Under the pieces are notes generated by a model. It was not told the origin of the DNA, searched no databases, and worked only from the letters and a program-made list of their open reading frames with translations. The position numbers and the translations under genes are program-made. DNA of 55,486 nucleotides from an uncultured Coprococcus sp. (GTDB taxonomy: Bacteria; Bacillota; Clostridia; Lachnospirales; Lachnospiraceae): assembly GCA_964447245.1 (NCBI GenBank), contig CAYURX010000001.1, positions 1 through 55,486 of the forward strand, read 5' to 3'. Of this stretch, positions 18,553 to 28,566 are shown in pieces (position 1 is the first letter of the stretch; each line of letters starts with the position of its first letter).

Positions 18553-19293
18553 ATGCAGAGATTATTTATACCACAGTACAGCCATTGCCTTCAGCGGGAG
18601 ATGCATGTACTTGTTCATGGCCATACAGGTGTGCCGGTTTTGGTATTTCCATGTCAGGACAGCATGTGTGATAATTTTGAAAATTTTGGTATGGTTGATC
18701 TGTTGTCCGACTATATTGACAGCGGACGGATTCAATTGTTTTCAGTCGATACGGTGGATCGGGAGAGCTGGTCCGATATATGGGGCGACAAGGGACACCG
18801 TGCCTGGGTTCAGGAGTGCTACTATCATTATATTGTGGATGAAGTTATTCCGATGATCTATGAGATCAATGGAACCGGGCAGCGTCCGATCGCGACCGGC
18901 TGCAGCCTTGGCGCGACCCATGCGGCAATCGTGTTTTTCAGACGGCCGGATCTGTTTGAAGGTGTGCTGGCGATGTCCGGCTGCTATGACGCGCCGCATT
19001 TCTGGGACGGCTGGTGTGACGAGAACCTTTATAATAATTCTCCGGTACATTTCCTGGAGAATATGCCATTAGACCACCCATATATTCAATTGTACAACCA
19101 AAGAAAGATCATTATCTGTATTGGCCAAGGACAGTGGGAGAGCGAAGGCATTCGCACAACGGCTCAGATGCGTGATATTTTCACAAGAAAAGGTATTCAT
19201 GGCTGGGTGGATTTCTGGGGGTACGATGTGGATCATGACTGGCCATGGTGGAAAAAGCAGATTCGCTATTTCCTGCCGTTTTTGCTTGGGTAG
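18553..19293 (+). CDS. Putative esterase (alpha/beta hydrolase)
   Basis: GHTGVPVLVFP, nucleophile elbow GCSLG, C-terminal DHDWPWW. Confidence 0.85.
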   Translation: MQRLFIPQYSHCLQREMHVLVHGHTGVPVLVFPCQDSMCDNFENFGMVDLLSDYIDSGRIQLFSVDTVDRESWSDIWGDKGHRAWVQECYYHYIVDEVIPMIYEINGTGQRPIATGCSLGATHAAIVFFRRPDLFEGVLAMSGCYDAPHFWDGWCDENLYNNSPVHFLENMPLDHPYIQLYNQRKIIICIGQGQWESEGIRTTAQMRDIFTRKGIHGWVDFWGYDVDHDWPWWKKQIRYFLPFLLG

Positions 19294-19302
19294 AGAGGTA
19301 AG

Positions 19303-19914
19303 TCAAATAAACTTCAATAGCTGATTTAACTGGTGAGATTCTATACTGTTTATTGGTATTGTAGTCCGTACATCAAACATTTTGAATTTATTATGGGTAT
19401 AGAAATTCATAAGAAATTCATTGTTTTCGCATTCCAGAAACTCCATAACGCCGCCAATAGAATATTTCATTTGCGTAATGATTTCTAATGCAAAATCCAG
19501 GAGAATAACACCTTCTATACGTTTTTTCGGTGAAAGAGCATAATTTTTACCTAATTGAGCAATCAAGTATGCTGCAGTCGTATAGGATTGTGTACTTTCA
19601 TCCAGGATACTGACACGTGATAGCTTTTTAGCCATTGTTTTACTGACATGAGAGACGTTAACTGAAATAGGTTTTACAGCAAGAGCGAAATATCCAACGA
19701 GGGATGCATCCTGTGCATTAAATACCAGATATGTAACAGATTGATCTTTTTTAGTAAATTCAATCGCATTATGTAGCAAAAAATATTCTACATCCGGGTT
19801 ATTGGGGCAGGAAAAATCAGAAAGCAGTTCGTAAAGACCATCTTCTCCGATATAGGTTGGTTTGTCTTTATCCAAATATGCACGAATGTTGACTGTAAAG
19901 TATTGATCAGACAT
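19303..19914 (-). CDS. GNAT acetyltransferase, AtaT/TacT-like putative toxin
   Basis: FSCPNNPDVEYFL, GYFALA, YLIAQLGKN, GGVMEFLEC, NFYTHNKF pattern; overlaps a small upstream ORF. Confidence 0.72.
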   Translation of the reverse strand: MSDQYFTVNIRAYLDKDKPTYIGEDGLYELLSDFSCPNNPDVEYFLLHNAIEFTKKDQSVTYLVFNAQDASLVGYFALAVKPISVNVSHVSKTMAKKLSRVSILDESTQSYTTAAYLIAQLGKNYALSPKKRIEGVILLDFALEIITQMKYSIGGVMEFLECENNEFLMNFYTHNKFKMFDVRTTIPINSIESHQLNQLLKFI

Positions 19915-20092
19915 TTGCTTTTTTCCTTTTTGCCATAAGGGTTAAGATTTCATTGGAATCAGTCAGTTGTCGACCGGGAAGTGTCCGTTGGGGTGTACGA
20001 TCATATTCCGCTTCTTCAATAGCTGCAATCAATCTTTTGACACTTTTAGGATCGGATATAACAAAATTGTGGGTGATACTTGAAGTTGCCAT
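19907..20092 (-). CDS. 61-aa putative antitoxin
   Basis: ATG at 20092 after AGGAGG RBS (MATSSITHNF...); 8-nt overlap with the GNAT start. Confidence 0.65.
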   Translation of the reverse strand: MATSSITHNFVISDPKSVKRLIAAIEEAEYDRTPQRTLPGRQLTDSNEILTLMAKRKKANV

Positions 20093-20386
20093 AATTATAC
20101 CTCCTGTTTGATAGCATATGCAGATTTCTTGAAAGTAAATAATGCTTGTTTCACTTGATATTATATTCTCCGGGTGAAAAGAAAGCAACAGACCTTCAAC
20201 AAAAATAATAACCAAAATATCGCATATTATGACACAGGCCATTACGAGGCGGGAAATACTTTCATATAGCGACAAGATATGGGATGATTTTCTGATAAAT
20301 CTGTTCGAGATGAGGAAAAATGAAATAAAATGTCGATGATGATCAGAAGGTAACTATTCAGCTTTCTAATTATTGACTCCAAAAAT

Positions 20387-20609
20387 ATTGTGACTGAATA
20401 GCCAAAAAACAGTTCAGCACTGTCATTTTTGTTTGCACAATTACGGCAGATCTCTACCTGAAAACCGTAGAAAAACGCCGGTACTTGACTTTTTGGAGCT
20501 TTGCGAACAAAAAGTCTTAGTATCCGCTGCGTTTTTCTCCGAGTGAGAACGGGTTTTACAGGTAGAGGCTGTCCGTATTGTGTTTCAAAATGACAGGCTG
20601 AACTGTCAC
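20387..20609 (-). repeat. ~220 bp self-complementary element, right copy (inverted)
   Basis: Reverse complement of 18195-18418; ends ACAGTTCAGC...GCTGAACTGT form terminal inverted repeats. Confidence 0.93.
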
Positions 20610-20627
20610 ATCAGGCTGAAAACAGGC

Positions 20628-20656
20628 TTGACAAATGACATTCGGAATTATATGAT
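20628..20656 (+). promoter_or_regulatory. sigmaA promoter of the valS leader
   Basis: TTGACA-N17-TATGAT. Confidence 0.75.
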
Positions 20657-20687
20657 AGATTACATAGCAAATTCACAGCAAATTGTA

Positions 20688-20936
20688 AATGTGATGAGAA
20701 AGAGGAGTAGATGTTGCATCCCGCCAGAGAGAATAGTTCAGCGGCTGGAAGACTATTTGGGGCAATGGACATTGAAGGTAGCTTTTGAACGGTGTGGCTG
20801 AAAGAAAACAAACAGTAGGCCATGACGGGTGGCTCCGTTAAAGGCTTTGGAGGCACAGTCGGCATTTCCTGCAGACTGTGTGAATAAAGGTGGTAACGCG
20901 AGCTTTCGCCCTTTTTGGGGGCGGAAGCTTTTTTCC
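20688..20936 (+). ncRNA. T-box riboswitch (Val, probable specifier GTA)
   Basis: AGAGA and GCTG stem I motifs, GAAGGTAGC specifier loop (GTA 20778-20780), T-box AAGGTGGTAACGCG (20887-20900), terminator AGCTTTCGCCCT/GGGGGCGGAAGCT-TTTTT; upstream of valS. Confidence 0.92.
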
Positions 20937-20981
20937 TGTGAATAACGAAAAAAATAAAAGAAAAAGTGAGGAGAATGAAAA

Positions 20982-23636
20982 ATGGAGATGGAAAAGACCT
21001 ACGATCCGGCGGCCATTGAGGGTAAGATCTATGACAGATGGCTGGAGAAGAAGTATTTTCACGCGGAAGTTGACAGAAGCAGAAAGCCTTTTACCATTGT
21101 GATGCCGCCTCCGAATATTACGGGACAGCTTCATATGGGCCATGCACTGGATAATACGATGCAGGATATTCTGACACGCTATAAGAGAATGCAGGGATAT
21201 GAAGCATTGTGGCAGCCGGGTACAGACCATGCAAGTATTGCGACAGAGGTTAAGATCATTGATAAGTTGAAGGAAGAAGGTATTGCCAAAGAGGACCTGG
21301 GCCGTGAAGGTTTCCTTAAGAGAGCCTGGGAATGGCGGGAAGAATACGGCGGACGCATCATCAAACAGCTGAAAAAGCTTGGTTCTTCCGCAGATTGGGA
21401 CAGAGAGCGTTTTACTATGGACGAGGGCTGTTCCAAGGCAGTAGACGAAGTCTTTATCAAACTGCATGAGAAAGGTTATATTTATAAGGGTTCCCGTATT
21501 ATTAACTGGTGTCCGGTTTGTAAGACATCCATTTCTGACGCGGAGGTTGAGCACGTTGATCAGGCCGGACATTTCTGGCATATCCGCTATCCGATCAGCG
21601 GCATGGAAGGCCAGTACATTCAGATCGCTACGACCAGACCGGAAACATTGCTGGGAGATACGGCTATCGCTGTTCATCCGGATGATGAGCGTTATAAGGA
21701 TATTGTCGGCAAAACCTGCATTCTGCCATTGGTTGGCAGAGAGATCCCGATCATTGCGGACAGCTATGTGGATAAGGAATTTGGGACAGGCGCCGTTAAG
21801 ATCACGCCGGCCCATGACCCGAACGATTTTGAAGTTGGTAAGCGCCATCACCTGCCGGAAATCAATGTCATGAACGATGACGCGACTATTAATGCGGAAG
21901 GCGGCAAATACGAAGGTATGGACCGCTATGAGGCGCGAAAAGCAATCGTTGCGGACCTGGAAGCCCAGGGCTATTTAGTGAAGATAGAAGACCATGAACA
22001 TAATGTCGGTACCCATGACCGCTGCAAGACAACGGTTGAACCAATGATCAAGCCTCAGTGGTTCGTTGCCATGGAAGAACTGGCGAAGCCTGCCATTGAA
22101 GCCGTTAAGACGGGTGAGCTGAAATTTGTACCGGAGCGCTTTAATAAGACGTATCTGCACTGGCTTGAAAATATCCGTGACTGGTGTATTTCCAGACAGC
22201 TCTGGTGGGGCCACCGGATCCCGGCATATTACTGCGATGACTGCGGTGAGATCGTCGTTGCAAAGGAAATGCCAACCGTATGCCCGAAATGCGGCAAGCG
22301 CCATTTCACCCAGGATCCGGACACATTGGATACATGGTTTTCTTCAGCCCTCTGGCCGTTCTCGACCCTTGGTTGGCCGGAGAAGACCGAAGAACTGGAT
22401 TATTTCTATCCGACAGACGTGTTGGTTACGGGCTATGATATCATTTTCTTCTGGGTCGTAAGGATGGTATTCTCAGGACTTGAGCATATGGGCAAAGTAC
22501 CGTTCCATACCGTTCTGATCCATGGCCTTGTCCGTGATTCCCAGGGACGCAAGATGAGTAAATCCCTTGGCAACGGTATTGACCCATTGGAAGTCATCGA
22601 TAAATACGGTGCGGACGCGCTGCGTCTGACACTGATCACAGGCAACGCCCCTGGCAATGATATGCGATTTTACTGGGAGCGTGTGGAGGCCAGCCGCAAC
22701 TTTGCCAACAAAGTATGGAATGCGTCAAGATTCATGCTCATGAACTTCGAACAGGCGGAGGAAAAAGGAATTTCCATCGAAAATGTGACATTGAATGATC
22801 TGACACAGGCCGACAAATGGATCCTTTCCAAAGCCAATGAAGTGGCAAAAGAGGTAACGGAAAATCTTGACAAGTTTGAGCTTGGCATTGCCGTATCAAA
22901 GATTTATGATTTTATCTGGGAGGAATTCTGTGACTGGTACATCGAGATGGTGAAACCAAGACTGTACAGCGAGACGGACGGGACAAAGGCCGCTGCTCTC
23001 TGGACATTGAAAACGGTACTGATCCAGGCATTGAAACTGCTTCATCCGTATATGCCGTTTATCACAGAGGAAATTTTTGGTAATGTTCAGAAAGAAGAAG
23101 CGTCCATTATGATTTCTGAATGGCCGAAGTACAGAGCGGACTGGTGCTTCACAGAGGATGAGCAGGCCGTTGAACTGATCAAGGAGGCGGTGCGCGGCAT
23201 CCGGAATACACGGACAGGCATGAATGTACCGCCGAGCCGTAAGGCAAAGGTTTATGTTGTATCGGAATCGGACGAAGTTCGCCGTATCTTTGAAAAAGGC
23301 CGTGTGTTCTTTGCCACCCTTGGCTATGCCAGTGAAGTGGTTGTTCAGGCTGACAAGGCCGGCATTGATGACGATGCCGTATCCGTGATGATCCATCAGG
23401 CAGCGCTTTATATCCCGTTTGCGGAGCTGGTGGATATTGAAAAGGAAAATGAGCGTCTGAAAAAGGAAGAAGAAAAAATGAATAAAGAGATCGCCAGAGC
23501 AAAAGGTATGCTGGCGAATCCGAAATTCGTAGGCAAGGCGCCGGCTGATAAAGTACAGGCGGAGAAAGATAAATTGGAGAAATACACGCAGATGCTGGCA
23601 CAGATACAGGAACGTCTGGCGGCATTGAAAAGATAA
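20982..23636 (+). CDS. valS: Valyl-tRNA synthetase
   Basis: [30 protein letters not shown] and C-terminal coiled coil. Confidence 0.98.
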   Translation: MEMEKTYDPAAIEGKIYDRWLEKKYFHAEVDRSRKPFTIVMPPPNITGQLHMGHALDNTMQDILTRYKRMQGYEALWQPGTDHASIATEVKIIDKLKEEGIAKEDLGREGFLKRAWEWREEYGGRIIKQLKKLGSSADWDRERFTMDEGCSKAVDEVFIKLHEKGYIYKGSRIINWCPVCKTSISDAEVEHVDQAGHFWHIRYPISGMEGQYIQIATTRPETLLGDTAIAVHPDDERYKDIVGKTCILPLVGREIPIIADSYVDKEFGTGAVKITPAHDPNDFEVGKRHHLPEINVMNDDATINAEGGKYEGMDRYEARKAIVADLEAQGYLVKIEDHEHNVGTHDRCKTTVEPMIKPQWFVAMEELAKPAIEAVKTGELKFVPERFNKTYLHWLENIRDWCISRQLWWGHRIPAYYCDDCGEIVVAKEMPTVCPKCGKRHFTQDPDTLDTWFSSALWPFSTLGWPEKTEELDYFYPTDVLVTGYDIIFFWVVRMVFSGLEHMGKVPFHTVLIHGLVRDSQGRKMSKSLGNGIDPLEVIDKYGADALRLTLITGNAPGNDMRFYWERVEASRNFANKVWNASRFMLMNFEQAEEKGISIENVTLNDLTQADKWILSKANEVAKEVTENLDKFELGIAVSKIYDFIWEEFCDWYIEMVKPRLYSETDGTKAAALWTLKTVLIQALKLLHPYMPFITEEIFGNVQKEEASIMISEWPKYRADWCFTEDEQAVELIKEAVRGIRNTRTGMNVPPSRKAKVYVVSESDEVRRIFEKGRVFFATLGYASEVVVQADKAGIDDDAVSVMIHQAALYIPFAELVDIEKENERLKKEEEKMNKEIARAKGMLANPKFVGKAPADKVQAEKDKLEKYTQMLAQIQERLAALKR

Positions 23637-23685
23637 CAGACAATGACCCGGGGATGCCGCATGAATATAAAGGAGCAGAGATTTG

Positions 23686-24984
23686 ATGGATTATAGAGAA
23701 GCAGAAACATATATCAATCGTATTCCAAAGTTTTCCAAAGAGAAATCGAGGGAAAATACGGCGGCGATACTTGCGTATTTTGGCCATCCTGAGCGATCCT
23801 TTTCCTATATTCATGTGGCAGGAACCAATGGCAAGGGTTCTGTCTGTGCTTTTTTGGACAGTATGCTCAGGAAATCGGGCATGAAAACGGGACTGTTCAC
23901 CTCACCCCACCTGATTACGACAACGGAGCGTATGAAAGTGGACGGACAGGACATTTCTGAGCAGGATTTTGTCGGTATTGTTGAGGAATTGATGGCTGTT
24001 GTCAGAAAACGTCAGACACAGGGACATCCTCATCCGACTTATTTTGAGTGGCTGTATCTGATGGCTATGATCTGGTTCGGCAGGAATCATATTGCGTATG
24101 GCATTATAGAAACGGGCCTGGGCGGACGGCTGGATGCAACGAATCTGATCGAGCATCCGGTACTGACCGTGATCACATCCATCAGCTATGATCATATGGA
24201 AATACTGGGTTCGACTCTGACGGAGATCGCCGGGGAGAAAGCCGGCATATTAAAGGCCGGCGTGCCGGTGGTATGTGATGGCAGCGAACCGGAAGCACTG
24301 GCGGCGATTAAAAAAAGAGCGGAAGAATTGCATTGTCCCATGACGGTGCTCAAGCCGCATCAAATTAAAAATATCTTAAATCGGGGCAAAAACATTGATT
24401 TTTTGCTGGAAGACATGTATCATGAAAGGTACAGCATTCATTTAAACACGGCGGCGGTTTATCAGACGGCCAACAGCAGTCTGGCCTGGCTGGCCATGCA
24501 GCAGCTTCGGGCGCAGGATATCAGGCTGAAGGACATTTCGGAAGCAGAATATTTACAGGGCCTTGAGACGATGCAGTGGCCGGGACGCATGGAAGAAGTC
24601 CTGCCGGATGTTTATGTGGATGGCGCGCATAATGTGGGCGGTATCCAAAGGCTTGCCGAAACTTTGCGCAGCGGTTTTAAAGGACGGCCGCTCTGGATCT
24701 TGTTTGCGGTGGCCAGTGATAAGGATTACAGGCAGATGATCGAGATACTCTGTGCCCTGCCTGATCTGAAGGGCGTGATCGTAACGGAATTGACGAACAG
24801 CCGGAAAACGGATCTGGCTGGCGTCGCGGCAATTTTTGAAAACAACTGGCATGGATGTGTCAGACATTCATATAATATAAGTGAAGCCATTATTGAGGGG
24901 CGGAGACTGGCCGGGGATGACGGTCTGCTTGTGTGCGCAGGGTCATTGTATCTGGCGGGCAGTGTGCTGGAGGCCCTTCGATAG
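23686..24984 (+). CDS. folC: Folylpolyglutamate synthase/dihydrofolate synthase
   Basis: HVAGTNGKGS, FTSPHL, ETGLGGRLDATN, WPGRME, DGAHN, GSLYLAG. Confidence 0.95.
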   Translation: MDYREAETYINRIPKFSKEKSRENTAAILAYFGHPERSFSYIHVAGTNGKGSVCAFLDSMLRKSGMKTGLFTSPHLITTTERMKVDGQDISEQDFVGIVEELMAVVRKRQTQGHPHPTYFEWLYLMAMIWFGRNHIAYGIIETGLGGRLDATNLIEHPVLTVITSISYDHMEILGSTLTEIAGEKAGILKAGVPVVCDGSEPEALAAIKKRAEELHCPMTVLKPHQIKNILNRGKNIDFLLEDMYHERYSIHLNTAAVYQTANSSLAWLAMQQLRAQDIRLKDISEAEYLQGLETMQWPGRMEEVLPDVYVDGAHNVGGIQRLAETLRSGFKGRPLWILFAVASDKDYRQMIEILCALPDLKGVIVTELTNSRKTDLAGVAAIFENNWHGCVRHSYNISEAIIEGRRLAGDDGLLVCAGSLYLAGSVLEALR

Positions 24985-25022
24985 ACCGGCGGAGCGGACA
25001 GTCAGATGAGGTGGACAGTCAG

Positions 25023-25181
25023 ATGATTAATTTTGAAGAAGAATTGAAGAAATTTAAGCCAAGCCTGGAGATCGATCAGGCGGAGGAAGCGATCTATAAA
25101 AATGACCTTCGTGATGTGACGGATATTATGGAGGATATGATGAAGGAACTGAAGGCAGCAGCAGGCAGCAAGCGTTTTTAG
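25023..25181 (+). CDS. 52-aa acidic hypothetical protein (MINFEEELKKFKPSLEID...)
   Basis: ATG after GAGGTGG RBS; fills the folC-TPR gap in operon fashion. Confidence 0.7.
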   Translation: MINFEEELKKFKPSLEIDQAEEAIYKNDLRDVTDIMEDMMKELKAAAGSKRF

Positions 25182-25192
25182 GGGGTCATTGG

Positions 25193-26701
25193 ATGAATTG
25201 CCTCAAATGTAATATGCCGCTTGAGAATCATTACATATGTCCCCATTGCGGATATGAAGATAAAGTGGCGAAGAAAATTATTTATTCATCGAACTGGCAT
25301 TACAATCAGGGTCTGGCCAAAGCAAGGGTCAGAGACCTGAGCGGCGCCATGAGTTCGCTTTTGCAGGCGCTGAAATATAACAAGCGCAATACAGATGCCA
25401 GAAATCTGCTTGGATTGATCTATTACCAGATGGGAGAGATCGTATCGGCGCTGAGTGAGTGGGTCATCAGTGTCCATTTTCAGCAGACGAATAATGCCGC
25501 CTCCGGGTATATTCAGGCGATCCAGAACAGTCCTGCGCAGCTGCAGGAGGCCAATAAAGTGATTCAGAAGTACAATCTGGCTCTGAATTATGTGCAGGAA
25601 AATAATGTGGATATGGCGATTATTGAGCTGAAAAAGGTCGTGAATCTGAGTCCGACCTATATCCGGGCCTATCAGTTACTGGGCCTTTTGTATATTCAGC
25701 GCAAACAGTACGCGGCAGCCCGAAAGGTACTGACCCGGGCGGTGAAGGTCGACAGAAATAATATGACGACCCTTCGCTATCTGAAAGAATTGAACCAACT
25801 GCACGGGAAACCGCAGAAAAATCAGGCAAACAAAGAGGAATTTATGCGTATCAATGACCCGAATCCGGTCGTTATAGAGGAAGGGTCAGGTCAGGGATAC
25901 AATGATTATAATACGGGCTTTTTGTCATTTATCAATGTATTGATCGGCATTGTTATTGGCGCCGCTGTTATATGGCTGCTGGTCGTTCCTTCCATTACGA
26001 AGGGGAAAGCGACAGAATACAATCAGGCCGTTGTGGCTTACAGCGCGCAGATATCTGAACGCAATAAGGAAGTGACGAATCTGCAGAATCAGATACAGGA
26101 GCTGCAGAGCGAACTGGATCAGTATAAAACGACGGTGGGTGATACGGTGGATGATGCCGGAGCCAGCGAACAATATCTGATTGAAGCCATGGTGAATTAC
26201 CTGCAGGAGAATAATCAGGAGGCAGGCAAGGCCATAGCGGAGATCGAGCCGGCGGCCATCACCGATGCCAGAATGCAGAAGATATACAATTTGCTGCGGG
26301 AGGCAACGAAGGATGATGTTACGGAAGATTTATTTGATACCGCTTATGAAGCTTATGAAAGCGGGGAGTATGTGGATGCGATCGCAGGTATGACCAAGGT
26401 CCTCCGCATGGATGAGACGTATACGGGCGCCATTTTCTATATGGGACGGGCCTATCATCAGTTAGGGGATGCGGTCAATGCGGCCAGCTATTATCAGAGA
26501 TTGATCCAGTCCTACCCGGATTCCCGTTATGTGAGCGAGGCACAGACTTTCCTGGATCAGATTCCGCAGAATGGGAATGGTACAGAGGACAGCACGACCG
26601 ATGATCATCCTGTTGATGATAACAATGGCGATGATAACAATGGCGTTGATAATAATGGCGATGATAATAACATCGATGATAATAACGGCGATGGCGAGTA
26701 G
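25193..26701 (+). CDS. Membrane-anchored TPR protein with N-terminal Zn ribbon, coiled coil and Asp/Asn-rich tail
   Basis: CLKC...CPHC; ARNLLGLIYYQMGE TPRs; one TM (FINVLIGIVIGAAVIWLLV); C-terminal TPR ending YPDSRY. Confidence 0.85.
   Translation: MNCLKCNMPLENHYICPHCGYEDKVAKKIIYSSNWHYNQGLAKARVRDLSGAMSSLLQALKYNKRNTDARNLLGLIYYQMGEIVSALSEWVISVHFQQTNNAASGYIQAIQNSPAQLQEANKVIQKYNLALNYVQENNVDMAIIELKKVVNLSPTYIRAYQLLGLLYIQRKQYAAARKVLTRAVKVDRNNMTTLRYLKELNQLHGKPQKNQANKEEFMRINDPNPVVIEEGSGQGYNDYNTGFLSFINVLIGIVIGAAVIWLLVVPSITKGKATEYNQAVVAYSAQISERNKEVTNLQNQIQELQSELDQYKTTVGDTVDDAGASEQYLIEAMVNYLQENNQEAGKAIAEIEPAAITDARMQKIYNLLREATKDDVTEDLFDTAYEAYESGEYVDAIAGMTKVLRMDETYTGAIFYMGRAYHQLGDAVNAASYYQRLIQSYPDSRYVSEAQTFLDQIPQNGNGTEDSTTDDHPVDDNNGDDNNGVDNNGDDNNIDDNNGDGE
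26615..26689 (+). repeat. 5 x 15-bp coding tandem repeat (DDNNG)
   Basis: GATGATAACAATGGC and close variants, five in tandem. Confidence 0.9.
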
Positions 26702-26725
26702 AGATCATGCGTCATCAAAGACACA

Positions 26726-26773
26726 AAAGAAAGACGATTGCAGTATATCTGCGATCGTCTTTCTTTTGTTTTT
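26726..26773 (+). terminator. Intrinsic terminator before spoIIAA
   Basis: AAAAGAAAGACGATTGCAG...CTGCGATCGTCTTTCTTTT stem plus T run. Confidence 0.7.
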
Positions 26774-26781
26774 AACGGGAG

Positions 26782-27144
26782 GTGACAGATGTGGAATATC
26801 GAATGTCGGAAGGAATTTTGATCATTGTGCCGGGGGAGGAGATTGACCATCATCAGGCGGAGACGATGATCCGTTATGTGGAAAACCTGATCCGCCAAAG
26901 GCCGGTGCGTCTGCTGATTTTTGATATGGAGGAAACGGTTTTTATGGACAGTGCCGGTGTCGGTATGATGATCGGATTGTACAGGGAAATGCATGCGCGC
27001 GGCGGGGCAGTCGGCATGATCCATATGAAGAAAAGTATCCGCAGGATCTATCAGATGGCAGGACTGCAGAAAATTATTCATTGTTATGAGGATGAGCAGC
27101 AGATGATGATGGCATTGAAAGCGGAAGGGGGAATTGATCAATGA
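26782..27144 (+). CDS. spoIIAA: Anti-sigma F factor antagonist
   Basis: EIDHH, FMDSAGVG STAS motif; first gene of the spoIIA operon. Confidence 0.92.
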   Translation: MTDVEYRMSEGILIIVPGEEIDHHQAETMIRYVENLIRQRPVRLLIFDMEETVFMDSAGVGMMIGLYREMHARGGAVGMIHMKKSIRRIYQMAGLQKIIHCYEDEQQMMMALKAEGGIDQ

Positions 27145-27596
27145 GGGATGAAATGCAGCTTATCATGAACGGTATATCGGAAAATGAATATTTCGCAAGG
27201 GTAACGGCGGCGGCTTTCGCAGCCAAAATGGATCCGACCATGGAGGAACTGTCGGATATCAAAACCGCTGTTTCGGAGGCCGTGACCAATGCGGTCGTCC
27301 ATGGCTATGAAGGCAGGGGCGGCCCGATCAAAATGAGCGGAAGAATTGAGGAGGAATGGCTTTATCTGGAAATTGCCGATGAGGGCATCGGGATCGCTGA
27401 TGTGAAACAGGCCATGGAACCGTTATATACTTCCAAGCCGGAAAGCACCCATGCGGGCATGGGATTTTCATTTATGGAGGCATTTATGGATGATTTGCAG
27501 GTGGATTCCGAGACGGGGCGGGGGACGGTCGTGCATATGAAGAAACGCATTGCGCATCCGGCCTTTGTGAAAGGGAAAAAACGGGTGATGCTGTGA
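27141..27596 (+). CDS. spoIIAB: Anti-sigma F factor (GHKL kinase)
   Basis: IKTAVSEAVTNAVVHGY, DEGIGI, GMGFSFMEAFMD. Confidence 0.95.
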   Translation: MRDEMQLIMNGISENEYFARVTAAAFAAKMDPTMEELSDIKTAVSEAVTNAVVHGYEGRGGPIKMSGRIEEEWLYLEIADEGIGIADVKQAMEPLYTSKPESTHAGMGFSFMEAFMDDLQVDSETGRGTVVHMKKRIAHPAFVKGKKRVML

Positions 27597-28309
27597 CAGA
27601 AGTCCGCGAATTGCTTCAGAAGGCACAGGCGGGTGATAAATCAGCCAGGGACAGGCTGGTTGAACAGAACACGGGATTGGTCAGAAGCATTGTCAACCGT
27701 TTTACCCTCAAAGGTGTTGACAAAGAAGATCTTTTTCAGATCGGCATGATCGGACTGATCAAAGCGATTGACTATTTTGACCTGGATTATGATGTTCGTT
27801 TTTCGACATATGCGGTACCAATGATTACCGGAGAGATCCGGCGTTTTCTGCGGGATGACGGGATGGTGAAGGTGAGCCGTTCCATCAAGGATAACCGGGT
27901 GCTGGTCAATCGGGCGAAGGATCAGCTGATGGCACAGCTTGGCCGGGAGCCGGTTTTAAGTGAAATCGTTGAAGCCAGCGGGCTGACCATGGAGGATGTG
28001 CTGCTGGCACAGAATTCGGCACAGGAAGTGGAATCACTGCATCAGACGATTTATCAGGGCGATGGCAGCAGTATCCGTCTGATGGACAAGCTGGCCATGA
28101 AAGGCAATGAGGGGGATATGGCGCTGGACCGGATGCTGTTGGCGGACACGCTTTCGGCCCTTGACAGCAAGGAGAGGGAGCTGATCGTGCTGAGATTTTA
28201 TTTTGACCAGACACAGTCCCAGATTGCCAGGCGTCTGGGCGTCTCCCAGGTGCAGGTGTCACGCCTTGAAAAAAGAATTTTGAAAAAAATGAAAATGCTG
28301 ATCAGCTAA
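27593..28309 (+). CDS. sigF: Sporulation sigma factor F
   Basis: DLFQIGMIGLIKA, FSTYAVPMITGEIRRFLRDDG, GVSQVQVSRLEK; follows spoIIAB. Confidence 0.92.
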   Translation: MTEVRELLQKAQAGDKSARDRLVEQNTGLVRSIVNRFTLKGVDKEDLFQIGMIGLIKAIDYFDLDYDVRFSTYAVPMITGEIRRFLRDDGMVKVSRSIKDNRVLVNRAKDQLMAQLGREPVLSEIVEASGLTMEDVLLAQNSAQEVESLHQTIYQGDGSSIRLMDKLAMKGNEGDMALDRMLLADTLSALDSKERELIVLRFYFDQTQSQIARRLGVSQVQVSRLEKRILKKMKMLIS

Positions 28310-28310
28310 A

Positions 28311-28339
28311 GCATAAATTTTCTTCTTTTAGGAATAATA
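28311..28339 (+). promoter_or_regulatory. Forespore (sigmaF/sigmaG-like) promoter upstream of spoVAA
   Basis: GCATA-N17-AATAATA with GG just before the -10. Confidence 0.5.
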
Positions 28340-28374
28340 AACCTGAAAAGAAAATGTTGGTTAGGAGTGAGCAG

Positions 28375-28566
28375 ATGATAAAACATGGTAAAATCAGATT
28401 ATTCATAGGGACCTGCCTGTTGATCGGGATGATGCTGGCCATGATGTTGATGATGGGGGCAGCGAGGAAAAGCGGAACTTCCAGAGAGTACCAGGGAGCC
28501 GTGTTTGCCTGTGATCTGCCTGAAGGAGCGAGTGAGAGCCCATGGACACAGTCATCATTTATATAA
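28375..28566 (+). CDS. Small membrane protein upstream of spoVAA
   Basis: AGGAG RBS, one hydrophobic helix, overlaps the spoVAA start. Confidence 0.5.
   Translation: MIKHGKIRLFIGTCLLIGMMLAMMLMMGAARKSGTSREYQGAVFACDLPEGASESPWTQSSFI

Noticed and set aside
19907-20275. 122-aa version of the antitoxin ORF
   Set aside because: The strong AGGAGG RBS points to ATG 20092; the extension has no support
20229-20339. 36-codon ORF MTQAITRREILSY...
   Set aside because: No RBS and no recognisable family; could be a remnant but unsupported
18195-20609. Repeats as CRISPR array or integron attC sites
   Set aside because: Only two long inverted copies, no spacers or cas genes; ends do not fit RYYYAAC/GTTRRRY, and no integrase is present
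20580-21102. ORFs at 20580, 20611 and 20890
   Set aside because: They overlap the repeat, promoter and T-box leader; no RBS or recognisable motifs
20838-23814. Long antisense ORFs opposite valS (337 aa and others), and likewise opposite glmS and DUF5717
   Set aside because: Shadow frames of long genes with biased codon usage; no motifs
26615-26689. 15-bp repeats as a non-coding array
   Set aside because: In frame with codon wobble; a protein low-complexity repeat
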